Positions 29,537-40,039 are shown, numbered from the stretch's first letter. The stretch is 64,000 bases of DNA from Candidatus Poribacteria bacterium (GCA_046582655.1 JAYGDX010000210.1:13030-77029); one strand, 5' to 3'. The notes: generated by a model not told the origin, from the sequence alone. Program-made: numbers and translations.

Positions 29537-31857
29537 TTACTTTAGTACAACCATCTTTCGGGTTGCCGTGAAGTGATCTGTCTGTATCGTATAAAAGTAG
29601 GTGCCGGATGCAATGGCTTCGTTTTGGTTGGATCGCCCATTCCAATAACACGCTAGGCCTTTGGTGATATAAGAACCGGAACGCGTCGCTCCGAGATCCA
29701 GTGTGCGGATTAAATTCCCAGATTGGCTGAATATTTGGATTGTAACGTTTGTATCTCTGGCAATCTCGAAAGGAATCCATGTTTCTGGGTTAAACGGATT
29801 TGGGTAATTCGGCAATAGTCGGTTCTGTTTAATTTTTGACCACTGAGTAAATACGTTCCTCGTTAGAGCTGTACCTCGGCTCAAATTCATGTCCCAGATA
29901 ATCATTGTTCCGTCACCTGAACCGGATGCCAACTTTTGACCATCTGGCGAAAACACCAATGAGTATACTGGAAGTTTGTGTCCTCTTAAATCAACAACAG
30001 TCTGCTGATCCTCGATCGACCAAATCTTAATAGATTGCCATGATCCTGTGGCGATAAACTCGCCATGAGGCGAATATACTAAGGAAACAATGTCGTCTGG
30101 AAACCTGGCTATTTCAACCTGCTTTAGAACCGACCATAGCCTTGCACCTCCTAGTCCCTAACTGGCAGCATCACCAGTGGCGAGACCCTGACCATCCGGT
30201 GAAAAAGCGACGGCGTTTGCGTCACCAACATACCCATCAAATGTTGTGATTAAGGCCTGATTCGGCACTGACCACAATTTGACCTCTCCACCAGCTAATA
30301 TATTATTTGAGGCAGCTGAACCTGCTGAGGCAAGAATTTTGCCGTCCGGCGAAAAGGCGAGTGCGTTAATTTCATCCTTATGGCCTATTAAAGTTCCAAT
30401 CTTCGTTTGGTCAACAACCGACCAGGTGGTAATTTCTCCCGGATTGCCTGAAATCCCAGCTGCTACTGCTACTATTTGGCCATCTGGTGAAAATACCAGT
30501 GAATCAACAACACCCGTATGCCCCTCCAATTTAGCAACGACTTTCATACTTTCAGTAGACCACAGATGCAACTGATCAGGTCCTTTCGTGTAGCTGACTG
30601 CCGAGGCAAGTGTTCGACCATCTGGCGAAAAGGCTGCTGCAAAAACAATACCATCATGTGTTAAAAACCCGATTGGAGCCTTTTTGGTGACTGACCATAG
30701 CATAACCTTAGTTAGTTCCCCAGAAATTCATTGGAACAGAAGCAAGCATTTGACCATCAGCAGAGAAAGTAACTGAATGCATCCAGTCATTGAATTCCCA
30801 AGAATCCAATTCGACATTGTCGGCAATCGACCAGAGTTTCACCGACTGATCACTAGAAGCTGAAAACAACGTCAATCCATTTGGTGTGAGAATGCATGTG
30901 TTAACAGCGTCCGTATGAATCGGTAGGCTAGTAATTACAGCCTTATCAGTGACTGACCAAAACTTTAATTCTCCCAACAAACTCCCACCTGAAACAAGGA
31001 CCCTACCATTTGATGAAAATGTGATAGTCTTGACGTCAAATTGATGCCCCTTCAAAGCAACAAAAACGCCTTTGTCTTTCACAGACCAGAATTTTATTTC
31101 ACCTGCTTCTATAAAGATTACCAGCGTCGGCAGAAGCTAATAGCAGTCCATCTGGTGAGAATGTCACGGCATTCACAATACCTTTGTGGCCGACTAGAGA
31201 AGCGATTTCTTTTTGATCTGCAACTGACCATAATTTGACTTCGCCGGGGACAAGATAATCGCCGCCGCCGGATGCCAAGAGTTTGCCATCCGGCGAAAAC
31301 TCAATCGATTTCATCATCGCCGGATGACCTTTTAAAGATCCAATTTCGGATTTATTGGCAACCAGCCAAAACTTTATTTCTCCAGGTTTGACAATCGCAG
31401 CATCAGCGTAGGATGCGGCAGATGCCAGCATTTTTCCATCTGGGGAGAAGGCGACGGTGTTGACTCCAGCCTTATGACCTTTTAGAGTTGCAATTTCAAT
31501 TCGCTTGGTAACTGACCAGAGTTTCACTGTTTGATCAAACGATGCGGATACCAATATTTTTCCGTTCGGTGAGAAGGTGACTGATTCCACGGAATTAGCG
31601 TGGCCGATCAGTAGATCTACGGTATGATACGTTTTTGCATCGTAGAGCTAGATCCCAATTGCTGTTGCAACGGCGATGAGGTCGCCATTTGGTGAGACAG
31701 CGATAGCTTTGTCGCTGACGCCAATTGAACCTTTGCCTAGTCGCGTAATTGCATATTTGGGAAGCTTATAAGTTGGACAATTAATCTGAGCAATGATAAC
31801 GCTAGGGAGAAAAAGACAGGAGATCCAAATAATGATATTTATGGATTTGGAGAGCAT
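29537..31857 (-). pseudogene. WD40-repeat protein with FlgD-Ig/T9SS-like C-terminal domain, disrupted
   Basis: Five collinear fragments: in-frame TAG at 31648-31650 (GI*LYDA, a Trp position) and 30158-30160, frameshifts near 31110 and 30715; ends NYPNPFNPETWIP...RKMVVLK. Confidence 0.85.
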
Positions 31858-31940
31858 CGGTTTAATGACTAACTATTTAAATCATAATATTAAGGTAATC
31901 CAATATTCTGTGTGGCCACACGAAATGTTAGAATTCCAAG

Positions 31941-32834
31941 TTAAAAAAAGAAGTGGACTGACGTAACCACATGTGCCCAAGTCTTTGAGTATTGAGTTGA
32001 CATACTCCACCTTGGCGGGCCTTTTTTTGACGGGATTCGAGGAAGTCCCAATACATTTCGTTTCGAAAGCTGATACCCAATGGTTGCGACAATTGGTGAT
32101 AATAGCGATCCATAGGTAGCGCCATATACGACTTCTCTCCCTTCGTTATGGCGATTGCGGGTGGCAAGGAGTGCTCCAATGAATGGTGGAATAAGTGCTC
32201 CTGCGGTAGTGTTAGCATGAGATCCTCCGCCATATCCCCAAAACTCGCCAATCCAATGAACCTGCGAGGATCCTCCCAAAATCAGACCAACGCCAGTACA
32301 AATTGGAATTGTCATTTCATCATTTCGTATCCCTGCCAGACTTGTACCTAGATAAGCCAATGTTCCTATAACAGCGCCATTAAAATAACCGCTAAAGGCT
32401 TGGAGCGTCATCTCCGGCCAGCCCTCAATCCGTTTTCTCCTCTCCTCTTCCATAGGTAATGCCCAGCGAGCAACTTCTAGATTTACTTTTGCCCGAACAT
32501 GCTTTGGATTGATAGATATCGCTTTTTCAAACGATTCAACTGCGCTCTGCATCTGTTCTAACTCGTAATATGCTTCGCCCATAAAATTATAAGCATCCGC
32601 ATGATTCGGGCTCAGCTGAACCGTGATTTTAAAAGCCTCGATAGCTCGTTCAAAATCACGGTTTTTCAGGAACTCTTGTCCCTGCTGGTAGTTGTTATTT
32701 GTTTCTGCGTTCTTGTCTGCTCTGTTCTTATTTTTAGGCGCAGCTGCTATTGGCGAAAGCAGAATAAAACAATAGAAGAAACATATAAGACTGACGTGTG
32801 CATGAAACTTTATATATCTCACCTTCACCACCAT
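31941..32834 (-). CDS. TPR protein with Gly-rich hydrophobic C-terminal region
   Basis: Signal-like N-terminus; TPRs (P.HADAYNFMGEAYY, AISINPKH); several Gly-rich hydrophobic segments. Confidence 0.65.
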   Translation of the reverse strand: MVVKVRYIKFHAHVSLICFFYCFILLSPIAAAPKNKNRADKNAETNNNYQQGQEFLKNRDFERAIEAFKITVQLSPNHADAYNFMGEAYYELEQMQSAVESFEKAISINPKHVRAKVNLEVARWALPMEEERRKRIEGWPEMTLQAFSGYFNGAVIGTLAYLGTSLAGIRNDEMTIPICTGVGLILGGSSQVHWIGEFWGYGGGSHANTTAGALIPPFIGALLATRNRHNEGREVVYGATYGSLLSPIVATIGYQLSKRNVLGLPRIPSKKGPPRWSMSTQYSKTWAHVVTSVHFFF

Positions 32835-32951
32835 TTCTATGGTCCTCAGAAGCGAGAAAACGATATGATTGGGAGGATTATACTATAAAGCAGTTAAAGG
32901 AGGGAATGATGCGTCGTTATGTGTCCTATTCGATAACAAAGAAACTGTCAT

Positions 32952-33938
32952 TTAGTAATATATTTTTTCGACTATGTAATTTTTTGGGTTTACGGTACTA
33001 CCATTGACATAAACACCATAGTGAAGATGAGTCCCTGTAGTTGATCCACTACTTCCGACATAACCAATTACTTCACCCCGTGCAACTTTTTTGCCTCTTC
33101 GGATTCCCGTAGCAAATTTCTGCAGATGACCATAGATGGTTTCCATTTGTGTTGCTGGGTGTTTAATCCGAATTGTATTCCCAAGACCAGATCTGCTCCT
33201 TTGTACCTTAGTGATGACACCGTGCGCCGCAGAAATGATCGGAGTTCCACGTCGTGTTGCAATATCCAATCCACTGTGAAAGTGCCGACTTTTGGTGATT
33301 GGATGGATACGGTAACCAAAACCGGAGGAATACCAGTAAGATTTCTTAGTTAGATTGGGCAAACGAAGCGGTAAAATAAATGGCATTTCTTCCAATTCGT
33401 TGAGACTACCTAAGACAGCGTCATATACTTTTCGGACTTCTTCTTTCAATTTGGGTATGACCTCAGGTGTTTCTGATATGGGCTGAGGAACACTGGAATC
33501 CGGCGTTGCGTCTTGAGATCCTGCATCTAATGCATCGGGATCTGGACTAAACGGATCTTGATCTTCTTGTCCATCTTCGACGATGCTACTACCTCCTTGG
33601 CCCAGAATCCCTTTATTTTCAAGACCTAATACATGCTTAACTGTTTTTACCATACCACGAACTTCATCCCACTTCGTTTCGTGAAATCTAATCTGCGTTT
33701 CCTGGTCTTGAATTTTGTTGTTCAACCTCTCGATAGTTAACCCTTGAATTTTCTTTTCTTGATGAGATGAAGCAAGTCTTGATCCCGCATTTACCGTCAG
33801 ATAGATAGATGCTCCTAGCACAACTAGAATCAGGAAACCGATAGAACAAAAGGATAGCAACATTGCACGGCTAACTGAATGCTGACGTACAGGGCCGCCA
33901 GACGGCGACATAACCACAACCGTGTAAAAATCTTTCAA
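32952..33938 (-). CDS. M23 family metallopeptidase
   Basis: N-terminal TM, coiled coil, HSGLD, YGH, TGTHLHY; SD AGGAG before TTG. Confidence 0.9.
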   Translation of the reverse strand: MKDFYTVVVMSPSGGPVRQHSVSRAMLLSFCSIGFLILVVLGASIYLTVNAGSRLASSHQEKKIQGLTIERLNNKIQDQETQIRFHETKWDEVRGMVKTVKHVLGLENKGILGQGGSSIVEDGQEDQDPFSPDPDALDAGSQDATPDSSVPQPISETPEVIPKLKEEVRKVYDAVLGSLNELEEMPFILPLRLPNLTKKSYWYSSGFGYRIHPITKSRHFHSGLDIATRRGTPIISAAHGVITKVQRSRSGLGNTIRIKHPATQMETIYGHLQKFATGIRRGKKVARGEVIGYVGSSGSTTGTHLHYGVYVNGSTVNPKNYIVEKIYY

Positions 33939-34032
33939 GATATCCGCTCCTGAGATGTATGAATCTCAGTAAAACATGCCTTTCGACAACAGAGTTAAGA
34001 AGAAAAACTCCCCAGATATTCGACTGAACCGA

Positions 34033-34061
34033 AGTATAGCATAAACGGAAATACGTTGCAA
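34033..34061 (-). promoter_or_regulatory. sigma70-type promoter for the M23 gene
   Basis: Minus strand TTGCAA-N17-TATACT with TGn. Confidence 0.6.
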
Positions 34062-34535
34062 AGGTTTTGTGAGCAAGCCAAGAGCTATTCTTCAACTTCG
34101 ATCAGATCAAACATTTTGTTGACTGAAACGACCTTTGGCCATGAGTTCGTTACAACGAATGATACGTCCAAAGTACACTATGTCTTCAATGCGATACTTC
34201 TTACAAGTTGTATACAGCAAACAAAATTTTTTATGATTTAACATTAAGGTCTTCCTAAATATTGCCGTCTCACAAAATCAGGGTCAGAGATATTTAGCTA
34301 TGTTCGATGTAATCTCTCATTTTAATCTGACAGTGACGGCGTCGGCTGGATTCGATTTTCGTTTCGCCTTGATTTTAAAGTCAGGTATTTGCTAAACTGA
34401 TAACATAATCTTAAATGAATGAGCGTGAGTCAATGGTGTGGCGGATATCTGTGTGGAATGTGGCTCAATGGCTGGTTTATTCAATCAAAGATTATCATTT
34501 CACAATTTTGGAGACTTAGGAAGCTAAAATCAAGC

Positions 34536-35561
34536 ATGGCCAAATACAGAGTTGGTATTGTTGGTTGTGGAGGTATTGCCCACTTCCACGGCAAAAATTA
34601 CAATCGATTTGATGAATTTGAAATTGTCTCAGTGGCGGATATTAATCGGGAATCGGTAGATCAATATGCAGAAGAATTCTCCGTCTCTGCCAAATACACA
34701 AACTACTTGGATATGTTTGAGGAGGAAGATCTGGATGTTGTTAGTGTGTGCACTTGGCAGGGAACGCATGCGGAAATTACGATTGCAGCTGCTGACAGCG
34801 GAGTGAAAGGAATTCTGTGTGAAAAACCGATGGCCATCAACTTAGGCGAAGCTGATGCAATGATTGAAGCCTGCGACCAAAGTGGTGTCAAATTGGTGGT
34901 TGGACATCAGCGAAGATTTGAAGCAATATACACCGAAGCGCAAAAGCTCATTGCAGATGGTATTATCGGTCAACCAATTATTGTCACCCGTCGTGTAGGA
35001 AGCGGTTTATTGAATTGGGGAACGCATGTGATAGATTTAACACGGCAAATTCTTGGGGATCCGGAGACTAAATGGGTGATTGGGCAGGTTGAACGCAAAA
35101 CTGATCGCTACGAGCGCCGTTGTGAAATTGAGGACCTCTGTGCCGGAATCATCTGCTTTGAAAATGATACCCGTTTTGTACTTGAAATCGATATGCCTCC
35201 ACCACACGTAAACAACATCTTCGTGCATGGTAGTGATGGGATCCTAACTTCTGAAGATGGGAAACTCAAGGTTCTCAACGGTAAAGAGGGATGGCAGACA
35301 ATCAATCCTTCTTCAGACGGTGAAGACCAATGGTCAGAGTTTCTGGCTTGGCTTGATGGACGTGTTGAAACTCATCGTTGTAACGGCAAACAGGCAAGCT
35401 ATACTATCGAAATCATGATGGCAATATATGAGTCGGTCCGAACCAAAGGGCTTGTTGAGATGCCCTTAAAGACCAAAGAATCACCACTCATTATGATGAT
35501 TTCGGCCGGAACATTACCAGTTGAAAAATCAGGTAAATACGACATTCGAGTACCTTTTTGA
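34536..35561 (+). CDS. Gfo/Idh/MocA family oxidoreductase
   Basis: VGIVGCGGIA, CEKPMA, GHQRRF, G.LLNWGTH.ID; ATG 34536 chosen as start. Confidence 0.9.
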   Translation: MAKYRVGIVGCGGIAHFHGKNYNRFDEFEIVSVADINRESVDQYAEEFSVSAKYTNYLDMFEEEDLDVVSVCTWQGTHAEITIAAADSGVKGILCEKPMAINLGEADAMIEACDQSGVKLVVGHQRRFEAIYTEAQKLIADGIIGQPIIVTRRVGSGLLNWGTHVIDLTRQILGDPETKWVIGQVERKTDRYERRCEIEDLCAGIICFENDTRFVLEIDMPPPHVNNIFVHGSDGILTSEDGKLKVLNGKEGWQTINPSSDGEDQWSEFLAWLDGRVETHRCNGKQASYTIEIMMAIYESVRTKGLVEMPLKTKESPLIMMISAGTLPVEKSGKYDIRVPF

Positions 35562-35596
35562 GGTAAGAAACCAACTTAATCAATGGTTGTTGACAC

Positions 35597-37927
35597 GTGG
35601 GAAAAAAAATAAAAGAAACTGATGTAAGTAAGTCTTCATCTTCAATTGAAATCATACAAATATGTCCCGGTTCTTACCTGTTAAAGGTTGCAGAAGCGGA
35701 TATTGCTTGGGTGTTTAATCCCTGGCCTGATATTAGCAAATACCTTATCCGTAAACAGCTTGATTTTAATGGGGTTGTCTGTCCAGATTCACGAGTGCAA
35801 AATGGGGTTAGCTGCAACCTGATAGAGTTCCCGCTTCTCCATGCCATGTTTGTACAGGGAATGATTTTTCGCGGTGAAAAGCCAACCTTGGTTGGCACAG
35901 AAAAACAAATTCGTCTTGGTAAAGAGAGTTTTAAACGCGGTCTTTATGGTTTTTATGATGTTTCTGAGATGGAAAATTGCGATTTGTCTCAAACCGAGAT
36001 GGAAAATTTGATGCGGGAAATTGAGAGTCTGGCAGTGGGTGGCATCAAAGAAATGGATGAGTTGATGGATTTCGTGCCTCTTATCCCTCTGGAAGAAACG
36101 CCATCGCCCAAAACAGCAACAAATTACAATGGTGTCCGAATTTGGAAAGAAGCTATTAACGTCTATGGGGTTGAGTATAAAGAAGAATCTGCTAAGATTG
36201 ATTGCAATCTCGCTTCAGGGGAAAGTTATATTCCTCCGCTTGATATTGATACCAAGAATATACCATATGCATCTTTCCAGATCATTGACACTGGTGAGGA
36301 AGATGGATTTTCACCAAAGAGTTGTTTGCATACTATCATCCAATGGCGTAACAAAATCATCTGTATAGATCTACCGATGAACTCCTCATACCTCTTGGAT
36401 AAAGTAAGTCTATCAAAAAACGAGATAGACGCGGTCATATTTACCCACAACCATGATGATCATATAGGTGACATATCCATCCTGCTCCAGATGGATAAGA
36501 AAGTTACAGTCCTTTGTCCCAAGATTATCTGGAAGTCAATTCTATTGAAAGCATCAAATATGCTTGATATGAGCATTGAGGATCTAAGCACCTATTTCGA
36601 TTATCGCCCCATTCTATACGGCGAAGAATATGATTACGTAGGACTGCGCATTTTAGCTCATCCATCACTTCATCCTGTGCCGTGCGCCATCTATCGTATT
36701 CGTGGAATCGTGGATCAAGAATGGAAGGTTTACGGTCACATGAGCGATATCCTAAACTTTAAAAGGTGCGGAAAACTGCTTGAAGACGGAAGTATCACGC
36801 AGGAACGTTATCAAGCATATCGCGATTTTGTCCTTGACTCGGCACAAGTAAAGAAAATTGATGTTGGTGCTAGGACTGGGACAGAAGACGTTGCCGTTCA
36901 TGGGGCTTGGAGAGATTTTTTGGATGATACCTCGGAGCATATTGTACTTGCCCATATCAATCGAGAACATTTAGAGGAAGAGGCTACAGTTCTCGTTGGG
37001 CAGGTTGCCTTTGCCGGATCAGCTAGGAACCTGAGTGGCAATAAGACGAGCAGCCTGCGCACAACTCATGATATATCCCGTCAACGATCGATCAATTTTC
37101 TTCGTGATTATATGTGTAATTTGCTTGAAGATAGTTTTTTTACCGATTCAATTCGAGAAGAGCAGTTGCAGGCGTACATCGAAATTCTAGCTGATAACGA
37201 GATTCGGTCGATTCAACCCCAAACCCCATTTCTGAAAAGGGGTGAAAAATCTGACTTTGCCTGTATGTTAATCAGCGGCTCAGCTAGTGTCTGGATAGAG
37301 GAGAACGGTAGTTTAAAGCAAATAACTGTAGCTGGGGCAGGTGATCTTATTGGTGACATCGGTGTACTTGAGGTTAAACCTAGGAATGCTAACGTAAGGT
37401 CCGAAAATTATGTTCATGCGCTTCAAATCCCAGCCACCCTTTTTCGAGAGGTTGCTGTTCTGTTTGAGATTTATAACCCAAATGGTGGCGGAGTATTGCA
37501 GCGAATATGGCAGAACCGGCCGATTATCCAGGCTTCAGCTATCTTTGGTCAAAACGTTCCATTCCGTTTTCAAAATAAAGTTGCGCAGTATGCAACCAAA
37601 GTTTCTTTAGATCAAGGCCAGTGTTTCTTCCCAGATAATGATGGCACGAAATCAATCTATCTGGGGAAATCGCCGGAACACTTCTCACTCAGGTTCAACG
37701 ATCACGAGGTCTCTGATATCATCGAACCAATCTTTGGTGAAAACAACTTACTCACTCACGGAGTTATCGAATACCAAGTTGTGGCAAACCGAAAAACAAC
37801 CGTTCTTAAAGTTGAACTGGGGTCTAACCTAGACTGGATAATGGATGTGCCCTTATTCAAATTACGTTTGACAGAGTTAGCTAGTCGGCGTAAAATTGAG
37901 TTGGAACGCACCGTACGCCCCAGATGA
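35597..37927 (+). CDS. metallo-beta-lactamase-fold hydrolase with C-terminal cyclic-nucleotide-binding domain(s)
   Basis: THNHDDH metal motif, HPVP, later D and H ligands; cNMP barrel GDLIGDIG...PRNANVR. Confidence 0.78.
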   Translation: MGKKIKETDVSKSSSSIEIIQICPGSYLLKVAEADIAWVFNPWPDISKYLIRKQLDFNGVVCPDSRVQNGVSCNLIEFPLLHAMFVQGMIFRGEKPTLVGTEKQIRLGKESFKRGLYGFYDVSEMENCDLSQTEMENLMREIESLAVGGIKEMDELMDFVPLIPLEETPSPKTATNYNGVRIWKEAINVYGVEYKEESAKIDCNLASGESYIPPLDIDTKNIPYASFQIIDTGEEDGFSPKSCLHTIIQWRNKIICIDLPMNSSYLLDKVSLSKNEIDAVIFTHNHDDHIGDISILLQMDKKVTVLCPKIIWKSILLKASNMLDMSIEDLSTYFDYRPILYGEEYDYVGLRILAHPSLHPVPCAIYRIRGIVDQEWKVYGHMSDILNFKRCGKLLEDGSITQERYQAYRDFVLDSAQVKKIDVGARTGTEDVAVHGAWRDFLDDTSEHIVLAHINREHLEEEATVLVGQVAFAGSARNLSGNKTSSLRTTHDISRQRSINFLRDYMCNLLEDSFFTDSIREEQLQAYIEILADNEIRSIQPQTPFLKRGEKSDFACMLISGSASVWIEENGSLKQITVAGAGDLIGDIGVLEVKPRNANVRSENYVHALQIPATLFREVAVLFEIYNPNGGGVLQRIWQNRPIIQASAIFGQNVPFRFQNKVAQYATKVSLDQGQCFFPDNDGTKSIYLGKSPEHFSLRFNDHEVSDIIEPIFGENNLLTHGVIEYQVVANRKTTVLKVELGSNLDWIMDVPLFKLRLTELASRRKIELERTVRPR

Positions 37928-37937
37928 AAGTAGTTAA

Positions 37938-39191
37938 TCAATTTTCTTCAGCATTTACTATCGTTTGTCCCGCTACCGATAGTGCACGCGCACCGATGCC
38001 AAGCACGGCCAGAAACCCTTCAGAATCAACGTGGTTGAAATCCCCAATTGCTTCCATTGAAGCGGTTTTCTCCGAATAAAGTGAGTGAGGGCTTCCTGTT
38101 GCTGAATGAAATGAAACGTTGCCCTTATAAAGCGAGACGGTAATTTCCCCGGATGCCAGCTTTGTAAACGGTTCGATTGATCCAAGTAGTGATTGCGTCA
38201 CTGGGGCGAACCAATAACCTTCATAAACCTGTTCTGCGATTTGCTTTGATACCTGATCAAAGACACGCCTTGCACGCCGATCAAGTACCAATTGTAGCAG
38301 ATATTCGTAACACTTGCCAATCAGTTCCATCCCAGGCGATTCGTAGACACCTCGGCTCTTTATGCCGACAAAACGGTTCTCTACCACATGGGTTCCAATT
38401 CCTACTGCGTTGCGTCCCCCAATACGATTCGCCTGATCTATAGCAGCCAGTGGTGTTACTGGGCTTCCGTTGACCTCTATAGGAATCCCCTGGTCAAAAG
38501 AAACGGTAAAATATTCAACATCCTCAGGAGCATCCTGCGGATGAAATCCCATACCTGGGGTAATAAAACTTGCTGGCGTTTCGAGCGATTCTAATCGACC
38601 TGCCTCATGTGTCAAGCCGAGTAGATTGGCATCAGTTGAATAAGGTTTTTCATGTGTGGCGGTTATTGGTAGACCATTCTGTTGACAAAAGTTGATCATT
38701 TCTCTGCGTCCGCCGAAGCGATCAAGGAATTTTTGATCGCGCCATGGTGCGTATACCTGAATGTTTGGGTTAAGCATATTGGTGGCTAGTTGAAAACGTA
38801 CCTGATCGTTACCTCGTCCTGTTGATCCATGAGATAGGATGTTAATTTGGCGTTTCCGCAACTCAGGCAAAATTGCTTGAACCGTGATGTGTCGGGCTAT
38901 TCCAGTCGTGTTCCAGTACCCACCTTCATATTTCGACTGTGTTTGGATTAGTTTGAGTCCTGCTTCGGCAAGCGCATCTTTAGCATCGACAATAACTGCT
39001 TCATCTGCGCCTGATGCAAGCATTCGGTGGCGAACATCGTTTATGTCCTTTTCATCTGGTTGGGCTAAATCGGCACTGAAACAAACAACTTTGACCCCAT
39101 TATTGACCAACCACCGCGTCATCGTGCAACTGTCAAGCCCTCCTGAAACGGCAGCGCCAATTGTCTTCCCCTTCAGCTGATCAATGTTCAA
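37938..39191 (-). CDS. argG: argininosuccinate synthase
   Basis: SGGLDS, HGSTGRGNDQVRF, YSTDANL, ENRFVGIKSRGVYESP; SD AAGGA before TTG. Confidence 0.95.
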   Translation of the reverse strand: MNIDQLKGKTIGAAVSGGLDSCTMTRWLVNNGVKVVCFSADLAQPDEKDINDVRHRMLASGADEAVIVDAKDALAEAGLKLIQTQSKYEGGYWNTTGIARHITVQAILPELRKRQINILSHGSTGRGNDQVRFQLATNMLNPNIQVYAPWRDQKFLDRFGGRREMINFCQQNGLPITATHEKPYSTDANLLGLTHEAGRLESLETPASFITPGMGFHPQDAPEDVEYFTVSFDQGIPIEVNGSPVTPLAAIDQANRIGGRNAVGIGTHVVENRFVGIKSRGVYESPGMELIGKCYEYLLQLVLDRRARRVFDQVSKQIAEQVYEGYWFAPVTQSLLGSIEPFTKLASGEITVSLYKGNVSFHSATGSPHSLYSEKTASMEAIGDFNHVDSEGFLAVLGIGARALSVAGQTIVNAEEN

Positions 39192-39307
39192 AATGATTAT
39201 TCCTTTCCGGCAGATAAAGATCTGGATCTTTAGGTGATTCTAAACTTAGGCGTGGTTTCTGGTAGATAGAAAATAACTGTTCTCAGAGTAGAATGCGACG
39301 ATGGGCG

Positions 39308-39336
39308 ATTTTATCGCTAATATTTGGACTTGTCAA
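39308..39336 (-). promoter_or_regulatory. sigma70-type promoter for argG
   Basis: Minus strand TTGACA-N17-TAAAAT. Confidence 0.7.
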
Positions 39337-39365
39337 GAGGAAACAAGGACAAGATTCTTTAATAC

Positions 39366-39394
39366 TTGCAGGCACAGTTAGCGTGTGTTAAAAT
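39366..39394 (+). promoter_or_regulatory. sigma70-type promoter for the HNH-rnpA-yidC run
   Basis: TTGCAG-N17-TAAAAT with TGn; back-to-back with the argG promoter. Confidence 0.6.
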
Positions 39395-39448
39395 AAAAAA
39401 ATGTATACTTTGAATTGATCATGAGCTGTTTTCCTCAAGGAATAATTG

Positions 39449-39610
39449 GTGGGAGGGAGTGTGCTGGTACTAAACGCCAGTTATGAACCGATTAACATCT
39501 GCAACTTGAAGTGAGCAATGAGGATATTAGTGGAAGGGAGTGTGCTGGTACTAAACGCCAGTTATGAACCGATTAACATCTGCAACTTGAAGCGAGCGAT
39601 GAAGATGATA
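39449..39610 (+). repeat. 81-bp-period tandem duplication of the HNH gene 5' end
   Basis: 58 bp identical at 39454-39511 and 39535-39592; the first copy is followed by TGA, the second by CGA. Confidence 0.95.
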
Positions 39611-40039
39611 GTCAAAGGTGTTGCTCGTGCTGAAGAAACATCGGATCGGCAGATTCGATCGGTTGCTACGGTGATTCAAGTTCCTCTTGTCATTCGGCTC
39701 GTTCGATATGTAAGGATCCCTCACATTATGGTGAAATTCTCGCGACGAAATGTTTTCATGCGTGATCAGTATGCCTGCCAATATACAGGTGAGGTTTATC
39801 CAAAGCATTTGCTGACTATCGACCATGTTATCCCGCGATCTCGAGGTGGCATGACAACGTGGGGTAATGTAGTAACTGCGTGCAGCAAATGCAATACCAA
39901 AAAGGGTAACAGGACGCCTGGCGAAGCGAATATGATGCTCATCCGTAAACCGAAGTCTCCAACAATCATTACCTACATGCACATGAGCTACCAATTTCGT
40001 CATGATCCGTCTTGGAAAAAATACCTCTACCTTAACTAA
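39518..40039 (+). CDS. HNH endonuclease (McrA-like)
   Basis: VLVLNASYEP, SRRNVFMRD...CQY, TIDHVIPRSRGG..TW.NVVTAC.KCN..KG.RTP. GTG 39530 (after GAGGA) may be the real start. Confidence 0.9.
   Translation: MRILVEGSVLVLNASYEPINICNLKRAMKMIVKGVARAEETSDRQIRSVATVIQVPLVIRLVRYVRIPHIMVKFSRRNVFMRDQYACQYTGEVYPKHLLTIDHVIPRSRGGMTTWGNVVTACSKCNTKKGNRTPGEANMMLIRKPKSPTIITYMHMSYQFRHDPSWKKYLYLN

Noticed and set aside
30158..31650. In-frame TAG codons as amber recoding or pyrrolysine
   Set aside because: The same gene also has two frameshifts, and TAG ends intact genes normally (dprA, nnr); decay explains it.
34085..34300. Coding-like minus-strand fragment upstream of the M23 promoter
   Set aside because: Short, interrupted and not recognisable.
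39449..39610. Duplication as a CRISPR array, DGR template/variable pair or selenocysteine readthrough
   Set aside because: Only two copies, no spacers, no adenine-specific differences, no reverse transcriptase or cas genes; the TGA aligns to Arg, not Cys.
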